Positions 41,866-56,166 of a DNA stretch of 64,000 nt are shown in pieces. Origin of the DNA: Eledone cirrhosa (taxonomy: Eukaryota); assembly GCA_964016885.1 (NCBI GenBank), contig CAXHJY010001444.1:62001-126000 (forward strand), read 5' to 3'. How positions within the stretch are numbered: position 1 is the stretch's first letter; every line of letters begins with the position of its first letter. The notes under the pieces are model-generated. The model did no database searches and was not told where the DNA came from. It saw only the letters and a list, made by a program, of their open reading frames with translations. The position numbers and the translations under genes were made by a program.

Positions 41866-44189
41866 AATGAAACCAGTTCCTCACATCAAATGCAGACTAT
41901 GCAAACAACTCAATGAGTAGGAGGATTACATTATCTCAGGCTGATAAGTCCTTGCCAAGTCTGAAAATATATAGAGACCCGATCGAGTTGGCAACTATAT
42001 CCACTGGGCAATATTCCAACCCTTTAATGTGTAAATGGACAAGAAGTGGTATAAATATGTACTAAGCACAGTACATGACAAACTGTCCAGAATATAAGAA
42101 TAAAAGACTTGAACATGTAAACTGATCTATCTCGTAACCCTCAAAAATGGAAAAGAAATTGTTAAAATACAAAGATCTTTAAATCGAAATGAACGGGATA
42201 AGGGGCACGATGGTAAAAACAGTATCGATCATAATTAGATTTTTACGTATGAAACATATATATATATACAAAACAGCGTTACACACAGTCCAAGCAGTAG
42301 TTCTGTTAGAAACAACACACATCTTACGTAACGCCTCATCGATCCAATAATAAACTTAAACCGTATAATCTACACACACCATATACCCTATACAATAACC
42401 ACCCCCAGAATAGCAATCTACACCAAAGTAACACCAAATAACATAACACAACCCACACAACATATTCTCTACAATATTCACACCTAATGAAATAACAGCA
42501 CACACCCCTACATAATTTTTAAGTTAATCTACATGATTATGGCAAGAACAGTCTTATCTTTATTTTTGTTGTTGTTTTTATATACTGCTGAAGAGTTAAA
42601 TATACTTTAATCATTGCCTTTAATTGTCTAGTTTGCGTTAACTTTATGTAATATTTCCTATTGATTGCCTCTGTTCGATATAAAATCTCCCTCATCGTGG
42701 TTATGAGAGACATATCACTCTAAAAATATATTCAAGATATATTCCAGACCTTTGAATTATATATCACATGGTTTTTAAATCAATAAAATGTATTTCGTTG
42801 TTGTACACTTGCTTTGTTGACTAAGTCAGATAAGAAAAATAGCACTCACTCATGGTATCTCTGAAGGGAAAAAAATTATCATTAGACTAGGCACTTGTCC
42901 CGAATGCTTGTAGGAGAATAGATTCCGCTAAAACACTTACATACCGAGTTGTGGAACGATCACTTGTACTGGCTTCTATATAGTTGCTGTCTACCAAAAT
43001 TTCAGTTACTTAGGTTATGGTCGAAATCACTTGCTCAAAATAGCGTCATTTGGGATTGAACCATAAACCATAAAGTTCGAAGCGAATTTCTTTCGCATAC
43101 AGTCATACAAAAGAAGAACGATCACTTCGACGAGCTTACACGCTGTAGCCGTCTACCAAAAATTACCTCGCATAAATTGAAGCAAGATGTAAAAAGTCAC
43201 ATCTCCAATGTCAATGTACCGTGATCTGGGATTGAACCCCAACCATATAGTTGCGAAGCCATTCCTATACTCATTCTGATAATATCAACAGAATAGTATT
43301 TGCAAGAATGGAACTCACTAAACTATCTAAACTAAAGCATCTCTGATTTCTGATGTCAACATTAGTAGCTTTGTGACTTAGGAAAGCTAAATTACTCTTC
43401 GCCATGGGTATTAATGTCATCTGATGGACGAGTTTCAATTAAAATCTAGTCTAAAACTGAGATTATTATATTATATTCAGGAAATTGAGTGAAAAATAAC
43501 AAAAATAAATGCAAAATATTACAGGAGATTCATTGTGACTAATTATTAATCCACTCACATGTAGAGATTCTTGCTTCTTTGAATCCTAATGATAATAATT
43601 ATAATTAGTTGCAAACATTAGTCCGTAGGATATTTTACAACTCTGTCAAGGTGAAACTATATTCAAATTTTATTCGAATCTGTAATTTGAATATGTTCAT
43701 CGACAGCTGATAAGCGATTGCTTTGTAGTATATGATGTCCGCAGCTCCATCTATCGGTAAATATCAGCCAACAATGTTTCGTATCTTGATCTTTGCTGGG
43801 CTAACATCATTTCAAATGTCTGGCCATCTTCTTAATCACATAAAACTATGATACGGACTCGAAGAGTGTAGGGAAACTCTCTCATGCATGCACCACCCAG
43901 GTGTAAGCTTGTCTTGTGGCCCCAGCGTACAGAATGAAGAAAACATGGCTCCGGAGAATAATGAATGACACGCGTTGAAAAGACCATTCTAATTCGCGAG
44001 GTTCCCTCACTTCGCCAATGCATCATATTGCCGCTGGAGAAGGTGTTTCTGCATATTGGATCCCGGATGAGGGGTTTACCGCCACGGGACGAAAGATCGT
44101 GATACCTTCCTACTTGTAAATATATTCTATTGCTTAAATAGATTAGCTACACTCTACATACTTTCTTGTAGATATTTCGTCACAATATG

Positions 44190-44540
44190 AAGGTGCTTGG
44201 TTAGGATGTGGGGTTCACGATCATAAGGTCGTACACTGGATACCCAGACTGAGTGATTTGTGGATTCTTTGAAGGAGGCACTTCATTTAATTGCTCAAGC
44301 TCACTCAGTTGATCCTGAGTACCAGTGGTATTGGGGTTCTGCCCTGTATCTCAGCGGGTCAACGTCTATCAAACTGAGATAAGTCCCCGGCTTCGTCCAA
44401 CACTTGACCTAGTGGTTAGAATGTTGAGCTCATGATTATCAGTGAGCAGGTTCAATTTCAAAACAGGGTAACCCGATGTTTCCTTGAACAATGTACTTAA
44501 TATCACGTTGCCCGAGTTTGCTCAGCAGAAAATGAGTACA
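44190..44540 (+). mobile_element. Two degenerate tRNA-headed SINE copies
   Basis: ggttaggatgtggggttcacgatcataaggtcg.. and ctagtggttagaatgttgagctcatg..ggttcaattt..ccttgaacaa. Confidence 0.55.
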
Positions 44541-45799
44541 AACATAGAAAAACGAACTTAAAACGATAACACTAACTCATAAATGTTATTTCGTCATAAT
44601 GATTATCTAGAAAGAATCTTTCAGACAATATACATAATGCATGTATTGGCACAATCAAAACAACCACGGTCTTTGGCAAATATTCGTAGCAACGAATAAT
44701 TTTCCATTTATGTGATAACGAATGAAATCCTGTTAACAAACAATTTGCATACAAATATAACGAATTAAAAAATGTAAGGTGATAAAAAATTACTTTAACT
44801 CACCTACACAAACAAAACAGTATGTTATAAGCGAATTATGTTTCTTTGTTGCAATTTATTAAATTCATGTATTATATATCTATTTAATGGATGCTTTGGG
44901 TGTAAACTTTTGGTATTACTTGAAGTTTTGAAACAAAGTGTCCATATATATATATATTAATTGATGTTTAATGCTCAGTTGAGCGAATAGCTGAATGCTC
45001 ATCGTTGTAACCGATGGCGGATCTATTACAATGATGAGCAGGAAAATAATTGATTTTTTTTCTCTTCTGTTCTTTTGGGGGATATTAAAAAAATAAAAAA
45101 ATATAAAACGTAGAAAGTATTCTACAATCTTCGAGAATCTGCCAGCAAATGTAATCAGTAATTTGCTTTATTAACTTCACGTTTGCTTTGCTCTACATAA
45201 TTCAATTGAAATGGTGAATTTCTGCTGGGTTAACTAAGAAAGTAGAATTGCATTGAAAGCACAAAGAAGGATGGGAAGGAGAAGGAGAAGAAAGAGGTGT
45301 ATGTTAGCTGATAGGGTTGAAATAGTGAGTAGATGGGAAATAAATGACAACGTAGTGAATATATTAACATGATTGACAATAATGGCGGAGGAGGAAGGGA
45401 CGGAGGGGAGAGGAGCAGAGACAGAGGAAATGGACTGAGAAACTGAAAATTGAAAAGCAGAATCACATACATGATATACATTTGCACACACACGCACACA
45501 TACATGATATACATACATGCATGTATACATACATGCATGCATACATACAGATATACATGCATACCTACATGCATGCATACATACTAACAGAGAGGCATAC
45601 ATATATACATACATGCATACATATATACATGCATATGTACTTACTTACATAGATACATACATATATACATATATACATACATCATATATACATAAATACA
45701 TACATGTATGCGTACAAAAATATATACATGCATACATACATATATACATATGTACTTACATACATACATATATATATATATATACACATGTTCATACAT

Positions 45800-46200
45800 A
45801 TATGACCAAATTAAAGCACAACCGGCCTGATATTGTTGTTTGGGACCACACATTGAAAACGTGTTCTGTTGTGGAGATCAGCTGCCCACTTGATGTAAAC
45901 GTTGTCAGAAAATACAGGAGAAGGAGGACATCTACGGACCATTGATGAGGAGTTTACAAATCCAGTATCCACAATACACCTTTAGCTTCATACTCATCAT
46001 TATTGGAGCTACGGGTTGGACCAAAGTATGACTGAACTTGGATTTGCGGACAAAAAGCGCAGCTCCCTAATTCATAGTCTACAAATGGCTGCGATAGCTG
46101 GCACCTTCAAAATTTGCAAAACATTCTTGCGATTCAAGGGATGACAATTTCTTTTCTTTTACAACCTTGCCACCAGGAAGGTGGCCGGTCAAAAAAAAAT
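45800..46200 (+). mobile_element. RLE-type non-LTR 3' fragment with a poly(A)-like end
   Basis: KLKHNRPDIVVWD..VVEISCPLDVNV..IIIGATG. Confidence 0.75.
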
Positions 46201-46809
46201 ATACTCGAAATTAAGAGAAAGAGATAATATGATTATGTATGTATTACAGATGCATTATACACACATATGTAGAAGCATAGATGCATACAGGCAAAAGAGG
46301 TGATCTATATGTACATACATAAGTTCTACATACATACACACACATATACATGCATACTCACATATACATACATACACACATAAACATACAGAATACACAC
46401 ACACAAATACAAAAATAGTAAAAGAGGAGAGAATGAAATATAGAAATAAAAAAAAACAGATATACAAATAAACAAATAAACAGATATATAAATAAACAGA
46501 TATACAAATAAACAGATATATATTAAACAGATATATAATAAAGAGATATACAAATAAACAGATATACGAAACAAACCGATATTCAAATAAACATATATAT
46601 AATAAACAGATATACAAATAAACAGATATACAAACAAATAGATATACAAATAAACAAGTATATGAATAAACAGATATATAAATAAACAGATAAATAAATA
46701 AATAGATAAATAAATAAATAACAATGTAATGACTCAAGGAGAGGAATGAAGCCACATCCACCCACGCGCCTACCATACACAGGAAAAAACATTTAAAAGT
46801 GAAGTGGAA

Positions 46810-46870
46810 AGAAAAAAAATATTATCAATTAAATGAAATAAATGGTTGTCGAAGAAAAGAGAATCAGGAA

Positions 46871-46906
<36 letters not shown>

Positions 46907-46952
46907 AAATGTTTATGTGTCTATAGAAAACTATTATAAAAGGATCGGTGTG

Positions 46953-47004
<52 letters not shown>

Positions 47005-47055
47005 CACACCGATCCTTTTATAATAGTTTTCTATAGACACATAAACATTTGCACA

Positions 47056-47110
<55 letters not shown>

Positions 47111-47171
47111 TTCCTAATTCTCTTTTCTTCGACAACCATTTATTTCATTTAATTGATAATATTTTTTTTCT
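46810..47171. repeat. Hairpin centred on a (TA)n run, arms about 150-170 bp containing (GT)n/(AC)n
   Basis: The arms are reverse complements apart from microsatellite length and a few substitutions. Confidence 0.9.
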
Positions 47172-47174
47172 TTA

Positions 47175-47321
47175 TATATAGTATATATAATATATATAAT
47201 ATATATATATCTATATAATATATATATATAATATATATATATATATTATATATAATATATAATATATATATTATATATTATTATATTATATATATTTATA
47301 TATATATATATAATATATATA

Positions 47322-47353
<32 letters not shown>

Positions 47354-47580
47354 ATTATATATATATATATATTTTATATATATATATTATATATATTTTA
47401 TATATATATATTATATATATTTTATATATATATATATTATATATATATTATATATATATATATTAAATATATATATATATATATTATATATATATTATAT
47501 ATATATATATTATATATATATTATATATATATATATTATATATATATATATATTATATATATATATATATTATATGTATA

Positions 47581-47626
<46 letters not shown>

Positions 47627-47635
47627 ATATATATA

Positions 47636-47678
<43 letters not shown>

Positions 47679-48270
47679 ATATTATATATATATATATATA
47701 TTTATATATTATATATATATATATTATATATATATATATATTAGATATATATATATTATATATATATATATATATTTATATATTATATATATATATATTA
47801 TATATATATATATATTAGATATATATATATCATATATATATATTATATATATGTATCATATATATATATTATATATATATATATCATATATATATATTAT
47901 ATATATATATATCATATATATATATTATATATATATAACATATATATATATTATATATATATAACATATATATATATTATATATATATATCATATATATA
48001 TATTATATATATATATCATATATATATTATATATATATAACATATATATATATTATATATATATATCATATATATATATTATATATATATAACATATATA
48101 TATATTATATATATATATTATATATATATTATATATATATATTATATATATATTATATTATATATATTTATTATATATATTATATTATATATATATATTA
48201 TATATATATTATATTATATATATTTATTATATATATTTATTATATATATATTATATATATATATTATATT
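47175..48270. repeat. About 1.1-kb AT compound microsatellite
   Basis: Direct reading. Confidence 0.95.
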
Positions 48271-48336
48271 ATAAAATATTAAAAAAATAATGAATAAAAC
48301 AATGAAACAGTTCCTTATATTAAACAAAAAAACTTC

Positions 48337-48484
48337 ATTATTTAACGATCGTTTCTAGGATATATATGTGTTAGAATTGGCATGCATATTCAACAGATCT
48401 ATGTACAAAATTATACAAAATTATACAAACTATCAAAATTAAATATACATACCAACACATATATATGCCGTCTTCAGAAATAAT
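48337..48484 (-). ncRNA. Type I hammerhead with long stem II
   Basis: Mirror of 48487-48636. Confidence 0.65.
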
Positions 48485-48486
48485 TA

Positions 48487-48636
48487 CATTATTTCTGAAG
48501 ACGGCATATATATGTGTTGGTATGTATATTTAATTTTGATAGTTTGTATAATTTTGTATAATTTTGTACATAGATCTGTTGAATATGCATGCCAATTCTA
48601 ACACATATATATCCTAGAAACGATCGTTAAATAATG
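48487..48636 (+). ncRNA. Type I hammerhead with a stem II of about 115 nt
   Basis: cattattt CTGAAGA cggcatatatatgtgttg...taacacatatatatccta GAAA cgatcg TT aaataatg. Confidence 0.7.
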
Positions 48637-48965
48637 AACTTTTTTTGTTTAATATAAGGAACTGTTTCATTGTTTTATTCATTATTTTTTTAATATTTTA
48701 TCTTGACTCTGTATTCCGTTTATCTTTCACCGAAAGTGATATTTCATTGCATCTCTTCTTTCCATGATATCCGGATTACATTGAGTTCTTCATACGGATT
48801 GGACACTACCGTAAACTCTTGGTAGATTTATCTACATATATTATATTATATATATTTATTATAAATAAAGTAATTCCATCGGAAAAGTCCATGAAAAAAG
48901 AGTGCTCTATGTATGCAACAGATCTTAATTATTATTATTATGTAATAAACAACATAAGGCAATTA

Positions 48966-49021
48966 TTCCATTTACCAGTGGTTTCTTAAAAGCAAAAATG
49001 CTTTCAATCCTCAGAATGAAA
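48966..49021 (-). ncRNA. Canonical type I hammerhead ribozyme
   Basis: ttcatt CTGAGGA ttgaaagc attttt gcttttaa GAAA ccactgg TA aatggaa. Confidence 0.85.
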
Positions 49022-49300
49022 AATCCTGGTTTGTTTATTGAATATGGATTCTAAAAACAAAAATGCAATCTATATGAAAGTGAGGCTGGAAAAGGGAGAA
49101 GGAAAGGAAAAATAAAATAAAACTACACATGCAAACACACACAAAAAAACACAAAAGCATACTTACACACACATACATATATACATATATATAAATGTAC
49201 GCATACACATATACATATACACATATATATATATATATATAAAAAGCGTACACCTACACACACATACACATATATACACACATATACACATACATACATT

Positions 49301-49348
<48 letters not shown>

Positions 49349-49417
49349 CACATACACACACACATATATATACATGTACATATATATAGTTTCATTGTTT
49401 TATTCATTATTTTTTTA

Positions 49418-49487
<70 letters not shown>

Positions 49488-49870
49488 TGTGTGTGTACAA
49501 GCATACACATACACACACACATATATTTACACATACATACATTCACACAAACATACAACGTACATACATACACATACATGAATGCACTCCACTACATATT
49601 CGCACACGCAAATAAATATAAGAAAAAAATATATAAATATATATTTCAAATTTTTGACAGCGATACATGCCCCAGCTAACAGGACAGACACGCGTGGTAA
49701 GTAATACACACAAAAGCACATATACATACGTACGAAATAGTAAACACATACACACACTCTCACACATAAATATACATATACAAATACATAAACACGTACA
49801 TACACATACATACACAAACACGTACACGTATATAATATAAACACACACATGTATATGTAATTATATACAA

Positions 49871-49921
<51 letters not shown>

Positions 49922-50073
49922 CATACAAAAATATAAAAATATAAACGCACACACACATATAAATACGTAAACACACATATACATAAAAACTTTGAATAAC
50001 TTTGAAATGTTTTGGCCAGTATTGGCCCAGGCCATGTCTAACTTAATAGCACCACCTGGCGAAGTCTTTCAAT

Positions 50074-53000
50074 TCAGGATTTGGGCACCATGGCCCATTC
50101 GAGAAGAGAATTACTGTTTGCGGAGACATATCCGGGTGTGGGTGGTTTGTCCGGGATTACTTGGAGGAATTTGTCCAAAGACTTCTTGAATTTTGTGTGG
50201 TCAGTTTCTGTTTTGACGTGTCCTGGTGTGATGTTGAAGAGAGCAGGGCCGATTGAGGTGAAATAATTGTGCCGTATTGTTGTTATGAGTTGCGATTTAG
50301 ATTTTTGAATGGGACGGATAGCACGGGGCCCAAGCCTTGGGTGTATCTTGAAGGCGATGCCAACATCATTTGGGCAGTGATGATGGAACATTTTCCACAT
50401 CATGCAGATAATATAACGCTCACGGCGACGTTGGAGTGAGTAAAGTTTCAGGTTTTCCAATCGACCCCAGTAGTCAAGGTCTGACATGCCATCTATCTTT
50501 TTCGTGATTGCCCTTTGAGGAGCTTCAAGTTTCATGATACTTTGTTTCGTGTGGGGAGACCACAGTGGACAACAGTATTCAAGGTGTGGTCGGGCGAAAG
50601 TAGAGAAGAGAAGGATAATGGTGCGGGAATCTCTCGACTGGAAGGTTCTGAGGATCCAGGAACACATTCTGCGGGCCATGTCAACTTTGCTGCTTATATG
50701 CGTGGTCCAGCTTATGTTGCTGTCCACGGTTACTCCCAAGTCTCTGATGTTGTTAGATGCCACGAGAGTTTCCCCGGAGGGAAGGGAGTACGGGAGTTTC
50801 AGAGCATCCTCTTTTCCAAAGTGGATCAGTTCGAATTTGTCTTCGTTCAGTAACATGTTGTTCTTTTCTGCCCATTGGGTAACAGCCAGTAGGTCTGACT
50901 GAAGGCTTATCCGGTCATCCACGCCATTGATGACCTTTTGGAGCTTGGAATCATCAGCGAAAATTTTAATGTTGCTGTGTTTGATGATGTCAGTGATGTC
51001 ATTAATATAGATGATGAAGAGAAGTGGGCCCAACATAGTGCCTTGTGGGACTCCACTACTGACTTTGGCTGGGCTTGATTTGACTCCCTCAACTACAACA
51101 TGTTGGGTTCTGTTTGACAGGAAGCTCTTGATCCACTGCAGCAGCTTTCCAGTGACACCAATATTGGACAGCTTTCTCAGTAGAATGTTATGATCAACCC
51201 TGTCAAAGGCCTTGCTGAAATCAAGGTAGATAACATCAGTGTTGGAACCCTCTCCCAGGGCTCTCAAAATGTCATCAAAGTGATGCAGTAGTTGCGTCAG
51301 GCAATCCCTTCCATTACGGAATCCATGCTGGTTGGAGTTCAGCATATTGTTACTCTCAAGGAAGTGGGTCATTCGCGATCTCACCACTCGCTCAAATACC
51401 TTAATGATATGAGAGGTGAGTGAGATTGGACGGTAATTCACGGCAAGGGATTTGTTTCCCTTTTTGAAAACTGGGACAACAGACTGGGATAGAAGGTTTT
51501 CTGGCACATATCCAGCATCCAGTGAGTTCCGCCACAGATTGGCAAGAGGAGAGGCAAGTTGGTGTTGACACGCCTTCAAGACACAAGCAGGGAACCTATC
51601 GGGACCTACTGCTGAATTATGCTTGATTTCCTTTATTGCCGCCAAGACATCAGGGGCGCCAAACGTTATGTCCGATAAGGTGTAATGGGGAGTAACATCG
51701 CCGATACAGCCCAGATCGGCCATATCAGGATTGCTGAAAACAGAGCAGTATTGTTTCTGCAGTATCTCACCCATGGTTTTAGCATTGTCTTGAAGAGTGC
51801 CATTTTCATCAATTAGAGGGCCAACAGTAGAGCCAGTGATTTTGTGTTTTTTTGCAAATGAAAAGAACACTTTGGGATTGAGTTTGATCTTCTCAATGGC
51901 CCAGGCCTCTTCAGCTCTTCTCTGATTGTTGATGAGGGACATTATGTTGTTTTGGAGGTTATGTTTTTTAATCTCTAGTGATGAAATGGCAGTCAAGTTG
52001 ATGTGTTGCTGCTGACAGTATTTCAGCTTGTTGATTTTTTTGTTCGTTCTCTTAATTTTTCTGATGAGCGTTTTTCTATTTCTAGGGATTCTGCTCTTAG
52101 ATTTGTTTATAGTTCTTAATGGGGTGTGTTTAGCACATATGTTTGTAACAGTGTCCACAAATGTCTGCCAGGACTTTTTGATGTTAGTGGGTGTATGAGT
52201 GTGCGTGAAGGACCAGTCGACATGTGCAAGATCATGACTGATCGCTTCCCAGTTTGCATTGTGGAAATCCATAGCGTCAAACGGATGGACAGGAGAGATG
52301 ACATTGGGTTTGTATATTGGACGGTGGAATCTCAGATCACAGAGAACCATGTCATGATCAGAGAGTAGAGTTTTCTCCACTGCAATATTGTGGATATTGT
52401 CAGTGTGATTGCTGAAAATTAAGTCTAGGACGTTTTTGTGGCACCTCGTTGGTTCGAGCACTAGTTGGGATAGGAAGAAATCATCCATGAAGTCAAGAAG
52501 CGATTCCACAGCTTCCCTGTCAGAGGTTGAGGCAGAAGAACCTGGTGGCAGGGTGTTTGTGGACCAGTCAACTCCGGGGAGGTTGAAGTCCCCCATCATT
52601 AAGATGTCAGGGTGACACTCTTGGATGAAACACTTTATGCTGTTGAGGCATTCCTTGAAGCATGGTACAGGCGTTTGGGGTGGCCTATAGAGCCCAACTA
52701 CTAATAGGTTGTTGGTTTGACTGAATACAGTGACTGCCTCACAGTATCCATTAGTGAATATGTTCATAGCCTCTGTTGAGAAAGAATTATGGACATAAAT
52801 GGCAGTTCCGCCCTTTCTTCTGCCAGCGCGATCAGCACGGATGGCTTTGAAATTTTTCACTTTCACCTCGGCTTCCAAGTGGAGGTTACTGAGATGGGTT
52901 TCAGTGAGGACGAAGAAAGGGATGTGGTTTGGATGGACATCAATCCAGTCCTCCAGGAATTTGATCTTCCATTTTTGAGTATTGGTGGAAGGGCTGATGC

Positions 53001-53091
53001 CTTGGGCGTTAAGCAAAAATGTAGAGGCGAGAGTGGATGGTTTTAATTGTTTTGGTGTGTTGTTAATTTGTTTGTTTGTTAATGGCAGCAA
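50074..53091 (-). CDS. LINE ORF2: APE endonuclease plus reverse transcriptase, 1005 aa, uninterrupted
   Basis: LNAQGI, LTETHL, LYRPP, MGDFNLP, LDLIF, SDH; NYRPISLTS, QHGFR, YLDFSKAFDRVDH, SGVPQG, FADDSKL, DLGV, LEYCCPLWSP. Confidence 0.95.
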   Translation of the reverse strand: MLPLTNKQINNTPKQLKPSTLASTFLLNAQGISPSTNTQKWKIKFLEDWIDVHPNHIPFFVLTETHLSNLHLEAEVKVKNFKAIRADRAGRRKGGTAIYVHNSFSTEAMNIFTNGYCEAVTVFSQTNNLLVVGLYRPPQTPVPCFKECLNSIKCFIQECHPDILMMGDFNLPGVDWSTNTLPPGSSASTSDREAVESLLDFMDDFFLSQLVLEPTRCHKNVLDLIFSNHTDNIHNIAVEKTLLSDHDMVLCDLRFHRPIYKPNVISPVHPFDAMDFHNANWEAISHDLAHVDWSFTHTHTPTNIKKSWQTFVDTVTNICAKHTPLRTINKSKSRIPRNRKTLIRKIKRTNKKINKLKYCQQQHINLTAISSLEIKKHNLQNNIMSLINNQRRAEEAWAIEKIKLNPKVFFSFAKKHKITGSTVGPLIDENGTLQDNAKTMGEILQKQYCSVFSNPDMADLGCIGDVTPHYTLSDITFGAPDVLAAIKEIKHNSAVGPDRFPACVLKACQHQLASPLANLWRNSLDAGYVPENLLSQSVVPVFKKGNKSLAVNYRPISLTSHIIKVFERVVRSRMTHFLESNNMLNSNQHGFRNGRDCLTQLLHHFDDILRALGEGSNTDVIYLDFSKAFDRVDHNILLRKLSNIGVTGKLLQWIKSFLSNRTQHVVVEGVKSSPAKVSSGVPQGTMLGPLLFIIYINDITDIIKHSNIKIFADDSKLQKVINGVDDRISLQSDLLAVTQWAEKNNMLLNEDKFELIHFGKEDALKLPYSLPSGETLVASNNIRDLGVTVDSNISWTTHISSKVDMARRMCSWILRTFQSRDSRTIILLFSTFARPHLEYCCPLWSPHTKQSIMKLEAPQRAITKKIDGMSDLDYWGRLENLKLYSLQRRRERYIICMMWKMFHHHCPNDVGIAFKIHPRLGPRAIRPIQKSKSQLITTIRHNYFTSIGPALFNITPGHVKTETDHTKFKKSLDKFLQVIPDKPPTPGYVSANSNSLLEWAMVPKS

Positions 53092-53843
53092 TGGGAGTTT
53101 GTGCAGTGGGGTGATAGTGGAGGGTGGTGCTGGGTGATAGCTCGAATGTTTTTTTCCAGTTCTTTTGCCAGATTCATTATGGCTAAAAAAGAGGAAGAAG
53201 TTTCCTGTTTAGAAGACTGTTGGTGACTGTGGTAGTGGTTATTTTTATGTAGGTTATGGTTTTTGTTTTTGCTTTTATTTTTAATTTTATTTTCATTTAT
53301 CCGACGGGTCCCCGGGAGATGGGTAAAGGGACAATCCCGGTCTAAACACAATCTGTCTCGCAGGGAAAAACGGCAGATTTGTGGATCCCTTGTTTGAGTT
53401 ATTGGTGGTTGTGTTGGTGTTAAATTAGAGTATGTATTATGGTGGTGGCTGTTTGTGGGGATAGATCGTTTTGTCCTAGGTAAATGGGTGAATTTGCAGC
53501 CACTATCCGTACATATTCTATAGCGTAGAGAGTAGCGGCAAATGATGGGGTTTCGAGTGGGTGGGTATGTGGGTGTGGGTGTTGTGAGAGGTGTAGATGA
53601 TGGTTTGGGTAGGATTTGACGACCTTTGTGGACTGTGGGAGGGAGAGTTCTTGTTCTGGTATTAGAAGGTAAATTCCTTGACATAGCAGTAGACAAAAAT
53701 GTTGTAGTAGTAGTAGTAGTAGTAGGCAGAGATGTTGGCAGTGGTGATGATTGGACTGCTGGGCCAGAGAAAGGATGTGGCGTTTCATGCTGTGAGACAG
53801 AGGCTACTGGGGGGTCAATAGTTTCATTTAGTAGATCGGCCAT
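53079..53843 (-). CDS. LINE ORF1 with two CCCH zinc fingers (first ATG at 53843; the frame stays open upstream through a poly-Q tract to 54008)
   Basis: ICRYSLRYRICTDSGCKFTHL and ICRFSLRDRLCLDRDCPFTHL (C-x8-C-x4-C-x3-H). Overlaps the ORF2 start by 13 nt. Confidence 0.7.
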   Translation of the reverse strand: MADLLNETIDPPVASVSQHETPHPFSGPAVQSSPLPTSLPTTTTTTTTFLSTAMSRNLPSNTRTRTLPPTVHKGRQILPKPSSTPLTTPTPTYPPTRNPIICRYSLRYRICTDSGCKFTHLPRTKRSIPTNSHHHNTYSNLTPTQPPITQTRDPQICRFSLRDRLCLDRDCPFTHLPGTRRINENKIKNKSKNKNHNLHKNNHYHSHQQSSKQETSSSFLAIMNLAKELEKNIRAITQHHPPLSPHCTNSHCCH

Positions 53844-53881
53844 TGTTGATGAATCAAGGAGTGGTTCACACTGTTGTTGTC

Positions 53882-53913
<32 letters not shown>

Positions 53914-54149
53914 AGCTGTTGTTGATGTTGTTGTTGTAGCTGTTGTTGTTGTTGCTGTTGTAGCTGCTGTTGTTGTTGTTGCTGCTGCTGGACAGCATTC
54001 GAAAACAATTATACACATGCAAATACGTATATATCAAAAGCACGCACAACCAAATACAAACACACACACACACACCCACACATACATAAAAATAAATAAA
54101 TACACACGCACACATATACATACATACACATACATATACACATATATGC

Positions 54150-54236
<87 letters not shown>

Positions 54237-54387
54237 CACACATACACGTACACATACACACATGCATACACATACACACACACATATACATGTGTGTATG
54301 TGTAAAGCTCAGTATTAGATAAGACAAATGAACCTTACATAAACGTATATATAGTAGTAAAGTAATAAAGCCATACAAGGCAATTAA

Positions 54388-54445
54388 TCCATTCACCAGA
54401 GGTTTCTTAAAAGCAAAAAAAGTTTCCTTCAATCTTCAGAATGAA
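54388..54445 (-). ncRNA. Hammerhead motif, same family as 48966-49021, cleavage triplet mutated to GUG
   Basis: ttcatt CTGAAGA ttgaagg..cttttaa GAAA cctctgg TG aatgga. Confidence 0.6.
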
Positions 54446-54489
54446 AAAAAGCCTGGTTTATCCACATATACATACATACACACACACAA

Positions 54490-55608
<1,119 letters not shown>

Positions 55609-56116
55609 AACAATCGTAGTCTATCGTGAGAGACGCGTTTGTATTTTTGAAGGATGTTTGTAGAGATAATCTAATTTAGAGAAAACCTGAAGAGGAGACA
55701 ACATAGAGCGACAGCAACGTACAACAGCAGCAACAATGAACCACAGCAGCAAAGAACAGCAGCAGCAACGTGCCAATGTCAGACAGGAGACAGAAGAAGA
55801 GAACTTAAATGAATTGTTGGAAAAAATATGAAGAATCAACAAAAGCGGTTGTAAGGAGAAATGTTTAAAGAATGTATATATAGAGGAAAAACAACAACAA
55901 TAACAAGCAGCAAGGAAAGTGAATTGATGAAAGCGGGGATATAAATAGATGGGAAACAATGAGTGTTAGTGAGAGAGATGGGGGAGATAAATTAATTAAT
56001 GGAAGAAACAAAACAATATAGGAGAGCTTTTGAGAGAAAAGTTTTATATATATTGGGAAGGGGTATCTATGTATATATGGTGCTAATGTGTATATGTGCA
56101 TATGTGTATATGTGTG

Positions 56117-56166
<50 letters not shown>

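Larger units (their letters stand above)
48271..48701. repeat. Near-perfect 430-bp palindrome carrying two back-to-back HHRs
   Basis: Centre tcttcagaaataat-tac-attatttctgaaga. Confidence 0.92.

Noticed and set aside
48966-54445. Two related HHR cores flanking the LINE as LTR-like ends of one composite element
   Set aside because: The copies are clearly diverged, and the second appears to lie inside the LINE 5' region. Independent insertions are more likely.
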